The notes under the pieces are model-generated. The model did not search any database, was not told the origin of the DNA, and worked only from the letters and a program-made list of their open reading frames with translations. Positions 12,480-24,915 of a DNA stretch of 64,000 bases are shown here, piece after piece. Source of the stretch: Cirrosporium novae-zelandiae (taxonomy: Eukaryota); assembly GCA_026023565.1 (NCBI GenBank), contig JAPETS010000005.1, positions 248,001-312,000 on the forward strand, written 5' to 3'. Both the position numbers and the translations under genes were made by a program. Within the stretch, counting starts at the first letter, position 1, and the number at the start of each line of letters is the position of its first letter.

Positions 12480-13560
12480 GATTAGATTAGATCTAGATAA
12501 TCGTCTTGTTCCATCGATTTAAGAAACACACTACTAACGTTCAGAAGTCCCCATACAAGCTTCGCGAAAATGTTGTAAGTATATGGAGCCTGAGTCCAAA
12601 TGTACACCCGCCTTCAAACAGCTATTTATATATAGCAGTGGTTATGATGCTGCTGCTGCCCACCAGGAAGCTTTCTATAAAGGTGATCAGAAGTAATCGC
12701 AGTCCTGTAGTGATATATGGCATATAGTGTATGCCCTAATATTGTATGGGACAATGTAGTTGTTTGTTCGTGTTGTGTTACAATCGCTAAGGGTGGGGAT
12801 AAGCTTTCATTCTCCGTAGCTTTATCTACCTATCCTACATTTCGAAACTAGGCCATCCATGTGCAGGAGTGTAAAGGTCGGGAGAGTATGTTGTGTGACC
12901 TAGCTTGTGTAGCACAATCCTGGAATTTGACTATTATGCTCCAAACCATGCTAAAGATTGGTCTATTCAAATCAGTCAACTACCTACGTCTATTAGGCTC
13001 AAAACACTTTATACATTTGACATGGTCACCGCCGGTACCGATCTTGCAAGCTTTTTCTAACATGGGTATAAGTTAGCTAGTACACAAATATGCTTACGCA
13101 TCGTCTGTTCATAGTAATAGCACCGGTGAGGCGGCGTAGTAATTAGCTACTATGCTATAAATGCAATCGATGGCGACCCAGATGCCTTTTAGAACGACGA
13201 CCGCCTAGAGGAGTTCCCTAATTGGTTGATAATTTATCTTACATACTCTGTCAATCTATCAGGCCTGATCATTGTTTCTCAAGGTGATGGCTATATCACT
13301 GGTTTCACGGTCGAAACTAGGAGTGAGAATATTAATCAAATGGTTGGCGACTTCGGCACCTTCGACGTAGTTGATGCTATACGTATTGTCGTGAAAAATG
13401 CCGTGATAGCGGGCGAGAATCTATTATATTCGAGAATCGTAGAAGTTGAGTCACTATATGCTGCTGAGAATAATCCTTCTACAATCTCTTCGTCTTCAAA
13501 AGCCCTTGTCGCAGTATCAAGTCCCCTGTCCATTTACTATTTACAATGACATCTGTAGGT
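12480..13560 (-). pseudogene. Degenerate intron-containing gene relic, identity unknown
   Basis: Protein-like frames broken by TAA/TAG (LNFYDSRI**ILARYHGIFHDNTYSINYVEGAEVANHLINILTPSF). Canonical short intron at 13097-13057 (GTAAGC..GCTAAC..TAG). Boundaries approximate. Confidence 0.4.
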
Positions 13561-13860
13561 GGGCTCCGCTTCAATACTTCAAAGTACATAATAAAATATA
13601 TAAAATCATACTGCTATATTTTGATGATACGTTAAAGGTAGCTGTAAATGTATAAATGCCTTATTTTAGACACTTGAATATATTTTTGATATCATTTAAG
13701 TATTCAAAGTAGAATATATTCTAACCAATGGTAGTTACTTTTGATATCCGTTTGGTAGGTGGCGATAATCACCTCAGGCACTAAAATAAGCTTTGGGTCA
13801 TTATTTTCCCAACGTCCAAATGTCACTAATCTTCATTCTACTGATACCTCATCAAACAAA

Positions 13861-15563
13861 ATGAATAACTCTCAATTCCGTCGTCTATTACTAGATACAC
13901 CAAGGCGAAGCTCAAACCAGAGTCCAAATGGCGAAAACTCAACCCCAAGACGAAATGCGACGACACTGGGGTCGAAAATGCACTCCAGCATTCCCATGAC
14001 GCCGTGAGTGCTACCCTTTCATTCTTACTACATAATACTGATGTCTACGAATTACTGCTAACTTGATATCTTCATCATAGTCGCTCCGTCTCTAGCATCG
14101 ACTTCGCTCGTCAACTCGCAGAACGTAGTCATCAACCTCCGCCCCATAAGAAATTCAAATCGTCTGCAGCACCCAAGGGCACCAAGCTTGCTGCTGGATA
14201 TCACGATCGCGTCAAGGTACGGCAAGAGACTGAAGAAGATGAAGATGAAGACGAGAAGGCTCAGAGGGTCAAGGCGCTGGAGGAGATGGTGAAGCTTGGG
14301 CAAATCGATCAGGGGACATTCGAGAAGCTGAGGGGCGAGATTGGCGTGGGAGGGGATGTAAAGAGTACACACTTGGTGAAAGGACTGGATTTTAAGTTAC
14401 TGGAGAGAGTGAAGAGAGGAGAGGATGTTTTAAACCCTGTAGCAAAGAAATATGAGGGAGAAGAGCTTAGGGAGAAAGTTGATGTGGACGAGGCACTGGA
14501 TGCATTGGAGCAAAAAGAAGTCGCACCTGTGGCCAGAGAGCAGAGAGAGAAGCATGGGCAAATGGCTCCTATGAAGGGAAAGAAAAGAACCAGGGACGAG
14601 ATCATGGCGGAGTTGAAAGCGGCTCGGCTGGCAACGATGAAGCCTCCACCAGCACCAGAATCTACATTAGGATCAAAGTTTAGGAAAATCGGGGAGAAAA
14701 CACAGGAGAGAAGGCTCGAGATCGACGATAAAGGGAGGGAGGTCTTAATCATTACTGACGAGAATGGGAATGTTAAAAGAAAGGTTAGGAAGGTAGAAAA
14801 CGAGTCAACTGCAAGCAAAAATGGGCTCTTAATGCCAGATATACATGCAAAACCACTTGGTATTGAAGCTTCAATTCCAGAGCTGAAAAAACCATCCGAG
14901 CCCGAAGACGATGATGTTGATATATTTGATGGCGTTGGCGACGACTACGACCCCTTAGCAGGAATAGAAGACGAAGACGAAGATTCTTCTAGCGACGAAG
15001 AAGGCGAATTATCTATTGAAAATAGAAAAAAACCTCCCAAAGACACAGTAGACGAGGTGACCACTAAACCCTCCAAGTCACCTCAACTACAAAAGCTATC
15101 TCAAGGAACCCCCGCAGAATTCAAACTACGCGATTACTTTGCCAGCACTTCAACCACTAAAACAACTGAAGAACCATCTCGCCTAAATCCCTCGCTCTCC
15201 GATCCCCTCATCCTCGCCGCCATAAAAAAGGCTTCTACCATTTCCACGGCCACCGAAACCTCCTCCACATCCCCTCCATCATCGGACAAGGACCGTCTCA
15301 AGAGGTTACTTGAGGCCCAAGACCGCGATGCACAGGATATGGACCTAGGCTTTGGAAGTAGTAGGTTTGAAGATGAAGAGGATATGGAAGAGCGAAAAGT
15401 AAAGTTCAGTGTTTGGGGAAAAAATAATGGTAACGATGATGAGGTTCAGGAAAGAGGGAGGCAGAAGAGGAAGCGGGGACCTAAGAAGAAGAAAGGGGAT
15501 GGGGAGAATGCAGCACATGTTATTGGGCTAGTTGAGGAGAGGAAAAAACGGGAAGGGAGGTGA
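13861..15563 (+). CDS. RED/IK-like spliceosome-associated protein (RED_N domain)
   Basis: Exons 13861-14003 and 14081-15563. 'MNNSQFRRLL', 'GYHDR' and the RED signature 'GGDVKSTHLVKGLDFKLLERV'. Confidence 0.85.
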
Positions 15564-15914
15564 AGTTGCGGGATTGGTTGATATAAATTTAAATGAGGAT
15601 GGTGTAATAGAAAAATGAATTTTCATAATTCGACTTCTATTTCTTGTTATATAGTTTGCGCCTCTTTCCCAAGTTTCATTCTCATAACCATTCGTATTTA
15701 CCATAGCAGAAGTAAACAATAATCTATACGCCAAGGAATGCTATTCAAGGGTAACTATACCACATTCACGATATTCCAGCCAACAAGGAACAACACTCCA
15801 TATCACCCATCCCTTCCCTTTCGATAACGGTCCTCCATACCTACTCTAGGCGCCAGTTAATGCCGCAGAATGCCAAAACCATACATGACCCTCTCAGCTT
15901 TTAGATAATCTACA

Positions 15915-18900
15915 TCACAATGTCTCCCATCCCCCAGTATTAATTTCTGCTTCTAGTCTCCGTGAGATGGTGCTGGGGATCTGATGTTGTAGCCACACGT
16001 TACGAAGAAGAGCATCATATCGTTTCTGATTGAGAAAAAGCTCACGGCCGCGGCGGAGAGAAGGGTCTACCTCGCCATGCTTGTCGAGATATGGAGCGTG
16101 GGTCCAGCTGCCATGGCGGTTGTGCAGGTAGAGAATCTCGCACTTGCGAATGTTGATAAAAAGACCGACGTTTCCACCGCATCTGTAATGTTAAATGGTT
16201 AATATATGTTATTTTGAAATAACAAGTTTCAGAGATTTCATAATCTTACTTTGTCATATGATCGTTACATCCACCTACGGATTTCTCTTGGGTGCAACAG
16301 TATGCTTGGCTGCAGAATATCTCGCCGCAAAATAGACAGATGGCTGGGTCACTCAAGTCTTTTCCAGTAGTAGGACAGCGACGTCTTAGAGCTTCGTCGA
16401 GTAAGACGTAGTATCGTTTTGGTAACCCCACAAGCTCTGGTATACTAGGATGACTGAGTGAAAGCATAGTGGTAGAGTCACGTGGTGAATATGTGTTGCG
16501 CGGAGGTAAATCTTTAGCATGGTGCAGCCATCCCTTAATGATTGGTTGGATGATTGGGTCTTGAAGAGAGAATCCAAGTTCGTTTAGTGTAGGTAATTGT
16601 AAAATTCTTGTTAGTCGTTCAAGCTCAGGCTCGTCGACATCTGCAAAGCCAGTACTCGGAAATTCAACACTATACCTAACGTGTAAAAGGATCACAGTTT
16701 TTCGTAAGAAAGTCAATGCATAGTTGCGAACTAGTCTGTATAGTGCACTAAAGGAAGGACCGTTACATAGTGGATGCTGCGGCTGGTCGGTGAGGAGGAG
16801 TACCAGCATTCTAAACCCTAATAACTGCGAATAATCAATTGCCATATCCTCTGCACGTATTAGCAATGGTAGAGCATCATGATTCGCTATGAACGTTATG
16901 ACGACCTTGACGACTTCGGCAAGATAGCAAAGGCGCAAAACGTGGTGGACAGTAAGCTGTGCTACCGGAATGAGGCACACAGAGCATTCTGCAAGGAAAA
17001 TAAATATATCTTCAGCAAAAAGAGGCCGTGCTTTCTGTGATACAGGAAGTTTGTTTGATTCTTCGGCAATCTCTGGCTGTCCGACAAAAAGTTGGCTTAC
17101 TTGACGAGCGAAGCATTCTTGGAATTCCCTAGGAGCAAGATTTTTGTTTAAATCCTGAAGTCCACCAATTACAGCATAAGAATAAGCTGTTTCGGCAAGG
17201 ATTTTCAAATGAGTTATTGTGGATTGAGGAACCTTATCAAGTAATGTTGAGCCAACCTCTGATTCCACACCGCGCTGAGCCATTTCGGCAGCAGAGATAG
17301 TAAAACCTAGGGCAGACGCTAATACTTCTCTACCCTTGAGGTCCTCCGCCTGACCTTGTAAAAACTCTTGGTAGGGACGCCTGGAACTGGTGACGTTGAG
17401 ACTCATAGAGTCTCTGAGACGCATATAAACAGACATCATCTCTGACCTAGGGTTCGAATCACCCGGAACTAAGGATATGCCCTCAGCGGGATATGCCCCA
17501 GGAACAAAATGGAACGGTGAAGTACGTGGTTGCCTTGAAATAGCATGTGATACTTGGGAAGCTAACGATGGCATGATTGCTTCTGTGCTATATTTGGAGA
17601 ACTGCTCTTTCGGTTGTGGACGTCGAAAAATATTCAAATAGACTTCATAACGCAACCAGTCATTAAACAAGGTTTGCGATCTGAAGAATAGTGGTGCCAT
17701 TTTCTCTTCCTTCCCTTGCCAAATAATTGGGTAAAAGACGTTTCCAAGAGCCTTACACAAGGGGCAGACAAACTCCTTAGCTGGCAATCGATCAGGCTGA
17801 TTGCGGGCAACTTGCTGGGCATGGCGCCGTTCAATAGCTGTACAATACGTTTCAAAGCATGAATAGTGCATAATATGTCCACAACCAACACTGACCGGGC
17901 CTCGCCTATGACATTGTGAAGGGAAACCTTTGGAGAGTTCTTCACGCTTAGAGACTATTTCACGACCATCAGATGTTAGTTTGCGGACTGTCTGGGTATT
18001 CAATCCCGCAACGCCGAAAGGTCGAATATTATCAGCGTTTCTGTCTAGACTTGGCGGGATAGAGGCAGCCTCTTTGACCCAATCAGGATCTGTCACTTCA
18101 GTCTGTCTCAGGATATTGCTATCCGAAAGTAGTGCAAAAGTGCCGTAAAGTCGGGAATCGTTAGTTTCTTCTCGACATAAAACACAGGTACCTGTTGGGA
18201 ATTTCCACGTTTTTTTGTTCTCGTCTGGTAATGTTGAAGGGGAATCAAGATCGCTGAGATCTTCTTCGCCCCAGTCAATATCACCTTGATTGGCAAGGAA
18301 GTTCTTTTGTTGCTGCTGGAATTGCGCTAGAACTTTTGCTTGTCGTTCAGCTGCTTGCTTCTTCTTTTTCTTCTGTAAATCGAGCTGCTCGGATGAAATG
18401 CTGGCAGGTGAATCTGTGCGATCGATCTCACCGAGTAAGGAGATATGTGAACTCGCAACATCATACATCCTAGGTCTTTTTTGCCAGAAACGGCGAAGAA
18501 CTAGTCGAACCTTGGCGTTGCAATTTGAATATTCGTCCGTCTTAGACAATTTAGCTAAAATGCCAACAATAGTCGACATATCCGGACCACCATATATTTT
18601 TGCGAAAACCTCATTTGCTGGTACACATAGAGCATTATTAACGAATGAAGGTGCAGAGCCATCGAAATTGTCGGTCTCTTCTGTTTTGTCTTCATGAATA
18701 GCAACCAATATTAAATGAAGGAGGACTTGGAGGAAGGACTCTATTCTGGAACTTGCTACTTTTGGAGTCTTCGTCTTGGCATTGACTGCGTATGCAAGTA
18801 ATGAGTAAATAACTTGTAAAAACAACGCAGTTCGAGTGAAAGCGGCCAAGTCAGAAAACGCCCCGGATTGAATAGACAAGAGCCTAGGTTCATAAACAAC

Positions 18901-21900
18901 TTCGGAAGGATTCTTGCCAGTCTTTTTGGCTACCCAGTTTCGATAAGCATTTTCGGCCTCATCACGTTGATTTTTATTGTAGTGAGACATGTAAGGATCA
19001 ACCTCCTCGAGATATTGCGGCTTTAGTTCAAATGTCCCGGCATCTGAAAGCCCTTCTGGTGGGCGGTAGATGGTCATTTCATCTAAAATCTCTTGGAAGT
19101 CATCAAGGTCGGCAAATTTATCGGCCAACCGATCCGTAAGTGTAGAGAATGACAGAGGCTTGAAGCAGAGGATATGAACAACATCTCGGCGGAACGTTCG
19201 AAGTTGCGGGTTTGGTTCTTGCTCCATTGGAAGGAGCGAGATACGGTCAGACAGAAGAACGATCAATAGATGTAAGAAATCTTCAGTAAGATCTACAAGC
19301 TGTGTATCGTCATATACTGACCGAGTAGTAAAATCTCCTCTTATCCAGTTTGTGACATCATATCGGTCAATCATGTTGGCAAGGAACCTGGAAGGATCGC
19401 AGATTACCATAGCGGTTTGCAAGAGAACAATATCCCGATGATGTGTGATGTCTCTTTGGCTAGGTCCACGATAAGTGGTCATTTGATGGCGAAGGCTTAG
19501 ACCGTTACGGACCCACATGCCAGTCTTCATCTGGGACAACCATACGCAGACACGGAGTGGGTAATCAAATATGGACAGCACATAGTCCTCAGGAGTTAAT
19601 TTTAAAATCTCCTCCACCTTTTCAGGATCCTTGACCACCGGCCTCTTCTTGAAATGTAGAGCCTCTCGTAGTTCTTCTTTGGACATGCTTCTTGCACATT
19701 CGACAAGCCATGAAAGTGTGTAATGCAAAGGATGGTGGAAACTGATGTAACCTTTGTGAACCTCAAATGCTACAACGCGATGGCCCCTGTTACATTCAAA
19801 ATCAAAGGGCTGCAATTCATGGAATTTGATCACGTCCTTGATCTCCGACTGCTCCGATTGTTTCCTTTCTATTCCCATTGAGATATTCATTACAACTTTG
19901 GCAGTGCGCCTGATAGCCTTGCGGATATAGAAGTTGTCCTCACCAGTCTTTCGCTTGAAACAAGCAGAAAATTGCCGACATAACTGATTGATTTGACGTG
20001 TGAGAAGAGAGGCGCTCACCCAAGAATCAGCTTCGTATTCGACATGCTCTCCAACTGCTCGCTTGTAAGCACATATTCCCTGAGGAAGTTTGAAGAGATC
20101 GAGGAACTGTAGTAAGTATCGCTCTTCCTTCCGCACAACACTTTTTGTGTAATCCGCTTCAAGGAGATGGCTCAGATCCATGAAGAAATGCCATAATCGA
20201 CGATTGTGGAGAGATGCCTCATCAAAATCCAATGCTGCCTTTGGAGTAACTTGATGAGGATAGCCGACTTGGCGAGTAGTCAGAAAAGTGTAAATGACCG
20301 CAAGCAATTTTGTTAGGAAATTTCCACGTTCAATGACCTCTTGGATAATGGACGGGGTTGTTAGCATCTGGAGGGATAGTTTGATAATAGATTGATCTGG
20401 CTCTCGGTCTCCAATAAGATACAGCTGAGCCAGAGGAGTATATAGCCCAGCAAACCGAAGACCTATAATCCGTTTAAATTCTGGGATGGAGACCACAGTC
20501 CCAATGTAGAGGTCCCGAAGATCAATGCGAGCCTTCTTCCACAACCGCAAGTCGAAAAGAAGCAACCAATCTAATCTTAAACGCTTGCGAAGGTCATCAT
20601 GAAGCGGTAGATTGTCCTTGTTGACTTGGTTTCGCTCAAGCCAGTGCCTAGGCAGCGTTCCACCCTTCTTGTTTTTATTTGGAGTTTTGGGTATAACAAT
20701 GTTTGCCGTCAAAGGATCTTCGGATGCTTGCCCATCAGCCATATCTTGGTCCTGCCTTGATAGGGTTGCTTGCTCTTCACCGTCATGAACCCCTCCCATG
20801 GCTGTATCCCCATCGCCATCTTCCTCATCCTGAAGCATTTCAATCTCCACCATGTTGTAATCATCATCAGTGTCCTCATCCTCATCGCCGCCGTCATCTT
20901 CATCATCTTCCTCGTCGTCTTCGTCATCATTGTCATCATCATTTTCATCATCATCGTCATCATCGTCATCATCATCGCTTTCAATGTTCACCTCCAAGTT
21001 ATCAATTGTAATTCTGGCTCTAATGATACGACGATAACTGAAAGACTGGTTATACCAATGATTTTCCTCAGTTTCATGGTCATATATTCCATCCTTCCCG
21101 ATCTGCGCATTGGAAGCACAGCTGCCAACACGCCATTCTTCGAGCATTTGCTCACAGATGGTCTGCCGTAAGATATAAGGATCGTCTCCAACACTGCAGC
21201 CCGATATATTTAAGAGCCACTCTATCATAGTTCCGCACATTTCCTCCCTGAATGTATCTCGAGATGACCGAACACTAACAGTAAGTTTGATTTGCTCAAT
21301 GATCCTAGCCATATCCACAAGTCTGGGAAGATCTATCGAATGTAGAAGTATACTACGACCTATGTCGTTGGTTTCAGTAGCCTTCTCTCTCCCCCATGCT
21401 CTTGTGTTCTTGCAGGCCCTGGAGACCTGATGCTCAACATCTCGAATTGTATGCTTCTCGTCATTCCATATTACTAAAGAGTATTCCGATTCAGAGCTCT
21501 TCACAGGCTCCTTTTGCTTGTAGATCCCGTCAGTGAAAAAGGAATTCGCCTCATCTTCTTTAACGCTTTCAACCGTCTTTGGGAGTCGAAGTTGTTCAGG
21601 ACAGCAGGATATGACATCGCAGAGAAAGTCGAAAGTCCTACCGATAGTGGTCTTGATACTTTCAGGGACTCCATCAGGTAAACTAGAGCCTGTTGTGTGT
21701 GTAGAATCTGAAGCATCTGCGGTGTGAATGGCGCACTTGACAGGTATCTTCCAAGCTTCTGGGTCCCCACAATCACAGCACCCACTATTGCCCGAACCAG
21801 GTGAGACATAGACGACATGGCCAGTGTGATCTGAAGCTTCAAAGCATCGACTACAAAGCACGCAGGTATCATCGGTAGTACAAGTCTTGCATCTATAGGT

Positions 21901-22200
21901 CGACTCCCCATTCTTTAATATATGCCCGCATGCCTTCCCTCTCGCAGCTTCTGTATACTCAGCTCCTTCAACAGCTCCCTGGGCAGCTCTTAAATCCCAA
22001 TTTTCAAGTTCATTATCGTCGATTACGTTGGCGGAAACACGGTTAGGGAAGAGTAAGTGTAAATATGACTCCCGGTTGCCGACCAAACTGTGAAAGAGGA
22101 TTTGAAGAAGCTCACGTCGGGCTTTGGAACTGTATTTGTTTTCAAAGCGGGCGGATAAAGCACTTAGATCGGCGCAAAGCTGATTATCAAGATAATTCAT
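15915..22200 (-). CDS. UBR1: N-end-rule E3 ubiquitin ligase
   Basis: Exons 22200-16250 and 16182-15915. UBR box (CGHILKNGESTYRCKTC..GCCDCGDPEAW), ClpS-like WNDEKH, split RING (CVLC..CGHIMHYSC..CPLCK) and C-terminal APYLDKHGE. Confidence 0.96.
20860..20977. repeat. Imperfect (TCA/TCG)n trinucleotide tract encoding the UBR1 poly-D/E stretch
   Basis: Visible TCATCATCG repeats that translate to DDDDDDDDDDENDDDNDDEDDEEDDEDD on the minus strand. Confidence 0.85.
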
Positions 22201-22826
22201 GTTGACGGGGAAAGGCCTTCATAGGGCCCATACGAGGATGAGTTGAGATATCAGTAGGTTAGGTGGGGTAAAGAAGGCAATTTAGGGATGGATGATCTCA
22301 AGAGTTTCAAGGTACCAACTCCCTGTTCAACGCATGTACTAAGTAAGTAGGTACTGTGTATGTAGCAAGGAAGCGAGATGACCTAACACGGATTTTGTGT
22401 CGATGTGATGTTTGACAGCATCAGCGTTTCAATAACTACTGCAATTAATTACATACCTTCTGGAGTGACTTTGTTTGACTTCAATTATGTATACATTTTA
22501 CGTGACGTAGCCCCGGTTTTATTGGAACCACTGGAACCACTTGGTTGCCAACTAAGTTTCACTAGAATAGCCGCGTACTCATCACCAATTTACTGAAGTA
22601 TTATTCTAGAAAGATGGAAGAGGTACTGTTCATATTAGAATAATTTATATGTATTATTTTAGGGGAGAACAAGAAGCCGTCTTGATATACGAGCACTAAA
22701 TCTTTCAACGGAGTTATTCACAAGGAATCAATATACAGATTTGCAGTCCGTAATTAAGTACGAACGGTCTTATATCGTTCCACCACCTCCTCCCCTGAGG
22801 ACAACATCATGCTAAGCTATTGCCGC

Positions 22827-23298
22827 TTACTCTTCATCTTCATCACCGCCCTGCTGCATGTATCTCTGTTTTATATCCTTCCATTGTCGCTGGGTTCCTA
22901 TTAGCATCTATCCATTCGCCCGAAACAAAGGCTTGTCTACATACGCCTTTATTCAAAGTGTCCCATACTTTTGTAGATGTGGTGTCGAAAGCGCTATCAT
23001 CATAAAATCCATATTAGCCAATCATTCCCTCCACACCCCGCATCCAATTTCACGTATAATTCATGTGATTTGAAACTCACATCTCAAAGGCGAAAGCACC
23101 AGTGAAGATCGCGGCTAGGAATACTTGATTCCTGCGGAATATAGAGCTTTAAGAATATTAGCTTGAGCTGTAAAGCCCAACAATCGGAGAACCGGCCGTG
23201 GGGAACTTGCTTGTAGATGTTGGAAGCGATCTGTAGAGAAGACGGGTTAGCTTTCAAATCCCAAGTCCACACAGAAAATATCTACTGACGCCTGGCAT
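22827..23298 (-). CDS. QCR9: Cytochrome bc1 complex subunit 9 (68 aa), absent from the ORF track
   Basis: Exons 23298-23290, 23230-23211, 23146-23081, 22993-22945 and 22889-22827 give MPGIASNIYNSIFRRNQVFLAAIFTGAFAFEIAFDTTSTKVWDTLNKGRQWKDIKQRYMQQGGDEDEE, with the signature N-KG-R-WKDIK. Confidence 0.93.
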
Positions 23299-23815
23299 GA
23301 TGATTGAGAGGAGATTTGGTCAAGTGGTGAAGGGTAAGATTTAGCTTCTTTCTGTGAATAATTGAAGTCGGCAAGGTTCGGATTGACTTTTCAATGTTTG
23401 GTTGGTTTCGGTCGGTTTGGCTGATTTGGCCGGAAAAATAGATTCTGCGCTATTGAACCAATGGAACGAAGCTCGGCGTTTTCAAGTCATCTTGAATTTC
23501 TAGAATATTAGAATTACTCAAGGGTAACTGTGAATAGCTACTTTTTAGGATTCAAGTATCTTTGTATAGGTCTTCGAGGCAGCCTTGGGCTGTCTATGCT
23601 ATCTCGGGAAGGCCTTTGATCTTTGACCTTCCTTTCAAGCTGCCTCTAAGAATGTACAGTGTCTAATCCTCACCCCACAAAACCCCACCATCAAACGCCA
23701 GCTCTCTACTATTCACCGGCTTTCAACTCACCCCTTATTCTTCACATCTATCCGGGGAAGCTTCAACTATTCCACCTTTTTTGAACACCCAGGGCCTCAT
23801 CATCACTCCACAACC

Positions 23816-24439
23816 ATGCCCTCTGTTGAAACCCCGCCCTCAACGACAGCCCACTCTGGCATTATCATGTCTTCCACTGGAGAACGTCATATTCCTTCAT
23901 CTACCCGTGCTGATGGGTCTAAGCGTAAAGAAATAAAGATTCGCCCTGGGTATCGGCCACCCGAAGATGTCGAGGTCTACAAGAACCGCACCGCTCAGGC
24001 TTGGAAGAACAGGGGGAAAGGAGGGATTCCTGGGATGGAAGGGTTAACAGATGACGGAGATATGAACGCCGGTAGTAAAGCCAACAATAAGAATGCGAAG
24101 AGAAGAGAGGCGAGGCGAAAAGCTAAGGAAGCTGGGACTTCTACTGAAAATATGGAGAAAGAGGCGGCTGCTAAAGAAGATTGGCGCTCCTTCTCTGAGA
24201 ATCCTCAAGGGGCCGCCTCTACCGAGGCCGATGAGGATGCTCAAAAAGAGAAGAAAATCCGTAATTTGCGCAAAAAGCTTAAGCAAGCGAAAGAGTTAGC
24301 CGAGAAGAAAAATCATGGGGAGAATCTGCTACCGGACCAATTGGGCAAAGTCATAAGGATTCACGAATTGATACGGGAACTACAAAGTCTAGGGTTTGAT
24401 CCTGCGAGAGAGAATGAAGTAAAGGGCGGTGAGCCTTGA
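23816..24439 (+). CDS. PYM1: PYM/WIBG exon-junction-complex recycling factor (Mago-binding domain)
   Basis: 'IPSSTRADGSKRKEIKIRPGYRPPED' Mago-binding motif and C-terminal 'KKIRNLRKKLKQ...LLPDQLGK'. Confidence 0.9.
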   Translation: MPSVETPPSTTAHSGIIMSSTGERHIPSSTRADGSKRKEIKIRPGYRPPEDVEVYKNRTAQAWKNRGKGGIPGMEGLTDDGDMNAGSKANNKNAKRREARRKAKEAGTSTENMEKEAAAKEDWRSFSENPQGAASTEADEDAQKEKKIRNLRKKLKQAKELAEKKNHGENLLPDQLGKVIRIHELIRELQSLGFDPARENEVKGGEP

Positions 24440-24915
24440 GGATATTGGAATCATTCATTCGATTCTACAACACCGACAATCACGTTGTGTCAAAGTCAAC
24501 TGGCGACATAAGTTTGCTCGAATTGAGTGTAAACGTGGAACTATGTTCGAGCAACTGCTGTTTTAGAACACAGCATAAGATCTCAGGTATCTGCATCAGA
24601 GGCCCTGATTCCCTCCGCACTCTCGCATCTTCCTCCACCTCCTTTGATGCATAATCATCAGAGACGACTGTTTCGACTAAGCAAAAGAAGCACTATAGAC
24701 GAGCAAATTGAGGTGGACTTGGTTCTTTTTTTTCATCTGGGGCAGTTAATGGCAAACGTGCATAATAAAACGTCAAAAGATGAATAATACTGGATGGATA
24801 TAATTGGCTGTGCATAAAGGAAGATAATAACATCCAACCAAGAGTGCCAATCGGATAATTATAGTAGGCAAAGTCCTAATCCGTGAACGGCTTACAATGT
24901 ATCTTGTCTTAAATT

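Noticed and set aside
17385..17405. GGTTCGAATC tRNA T-loop-like motif
   Set aside because: Inside the UBR1 CDS and no cloverleaf can be built around it.
20703..21171. His-rich, Met-rich and Ile-rich alternative ORFs
   Set aside because: Shadow frames of the UBR1 acidic trinucleotide tract.
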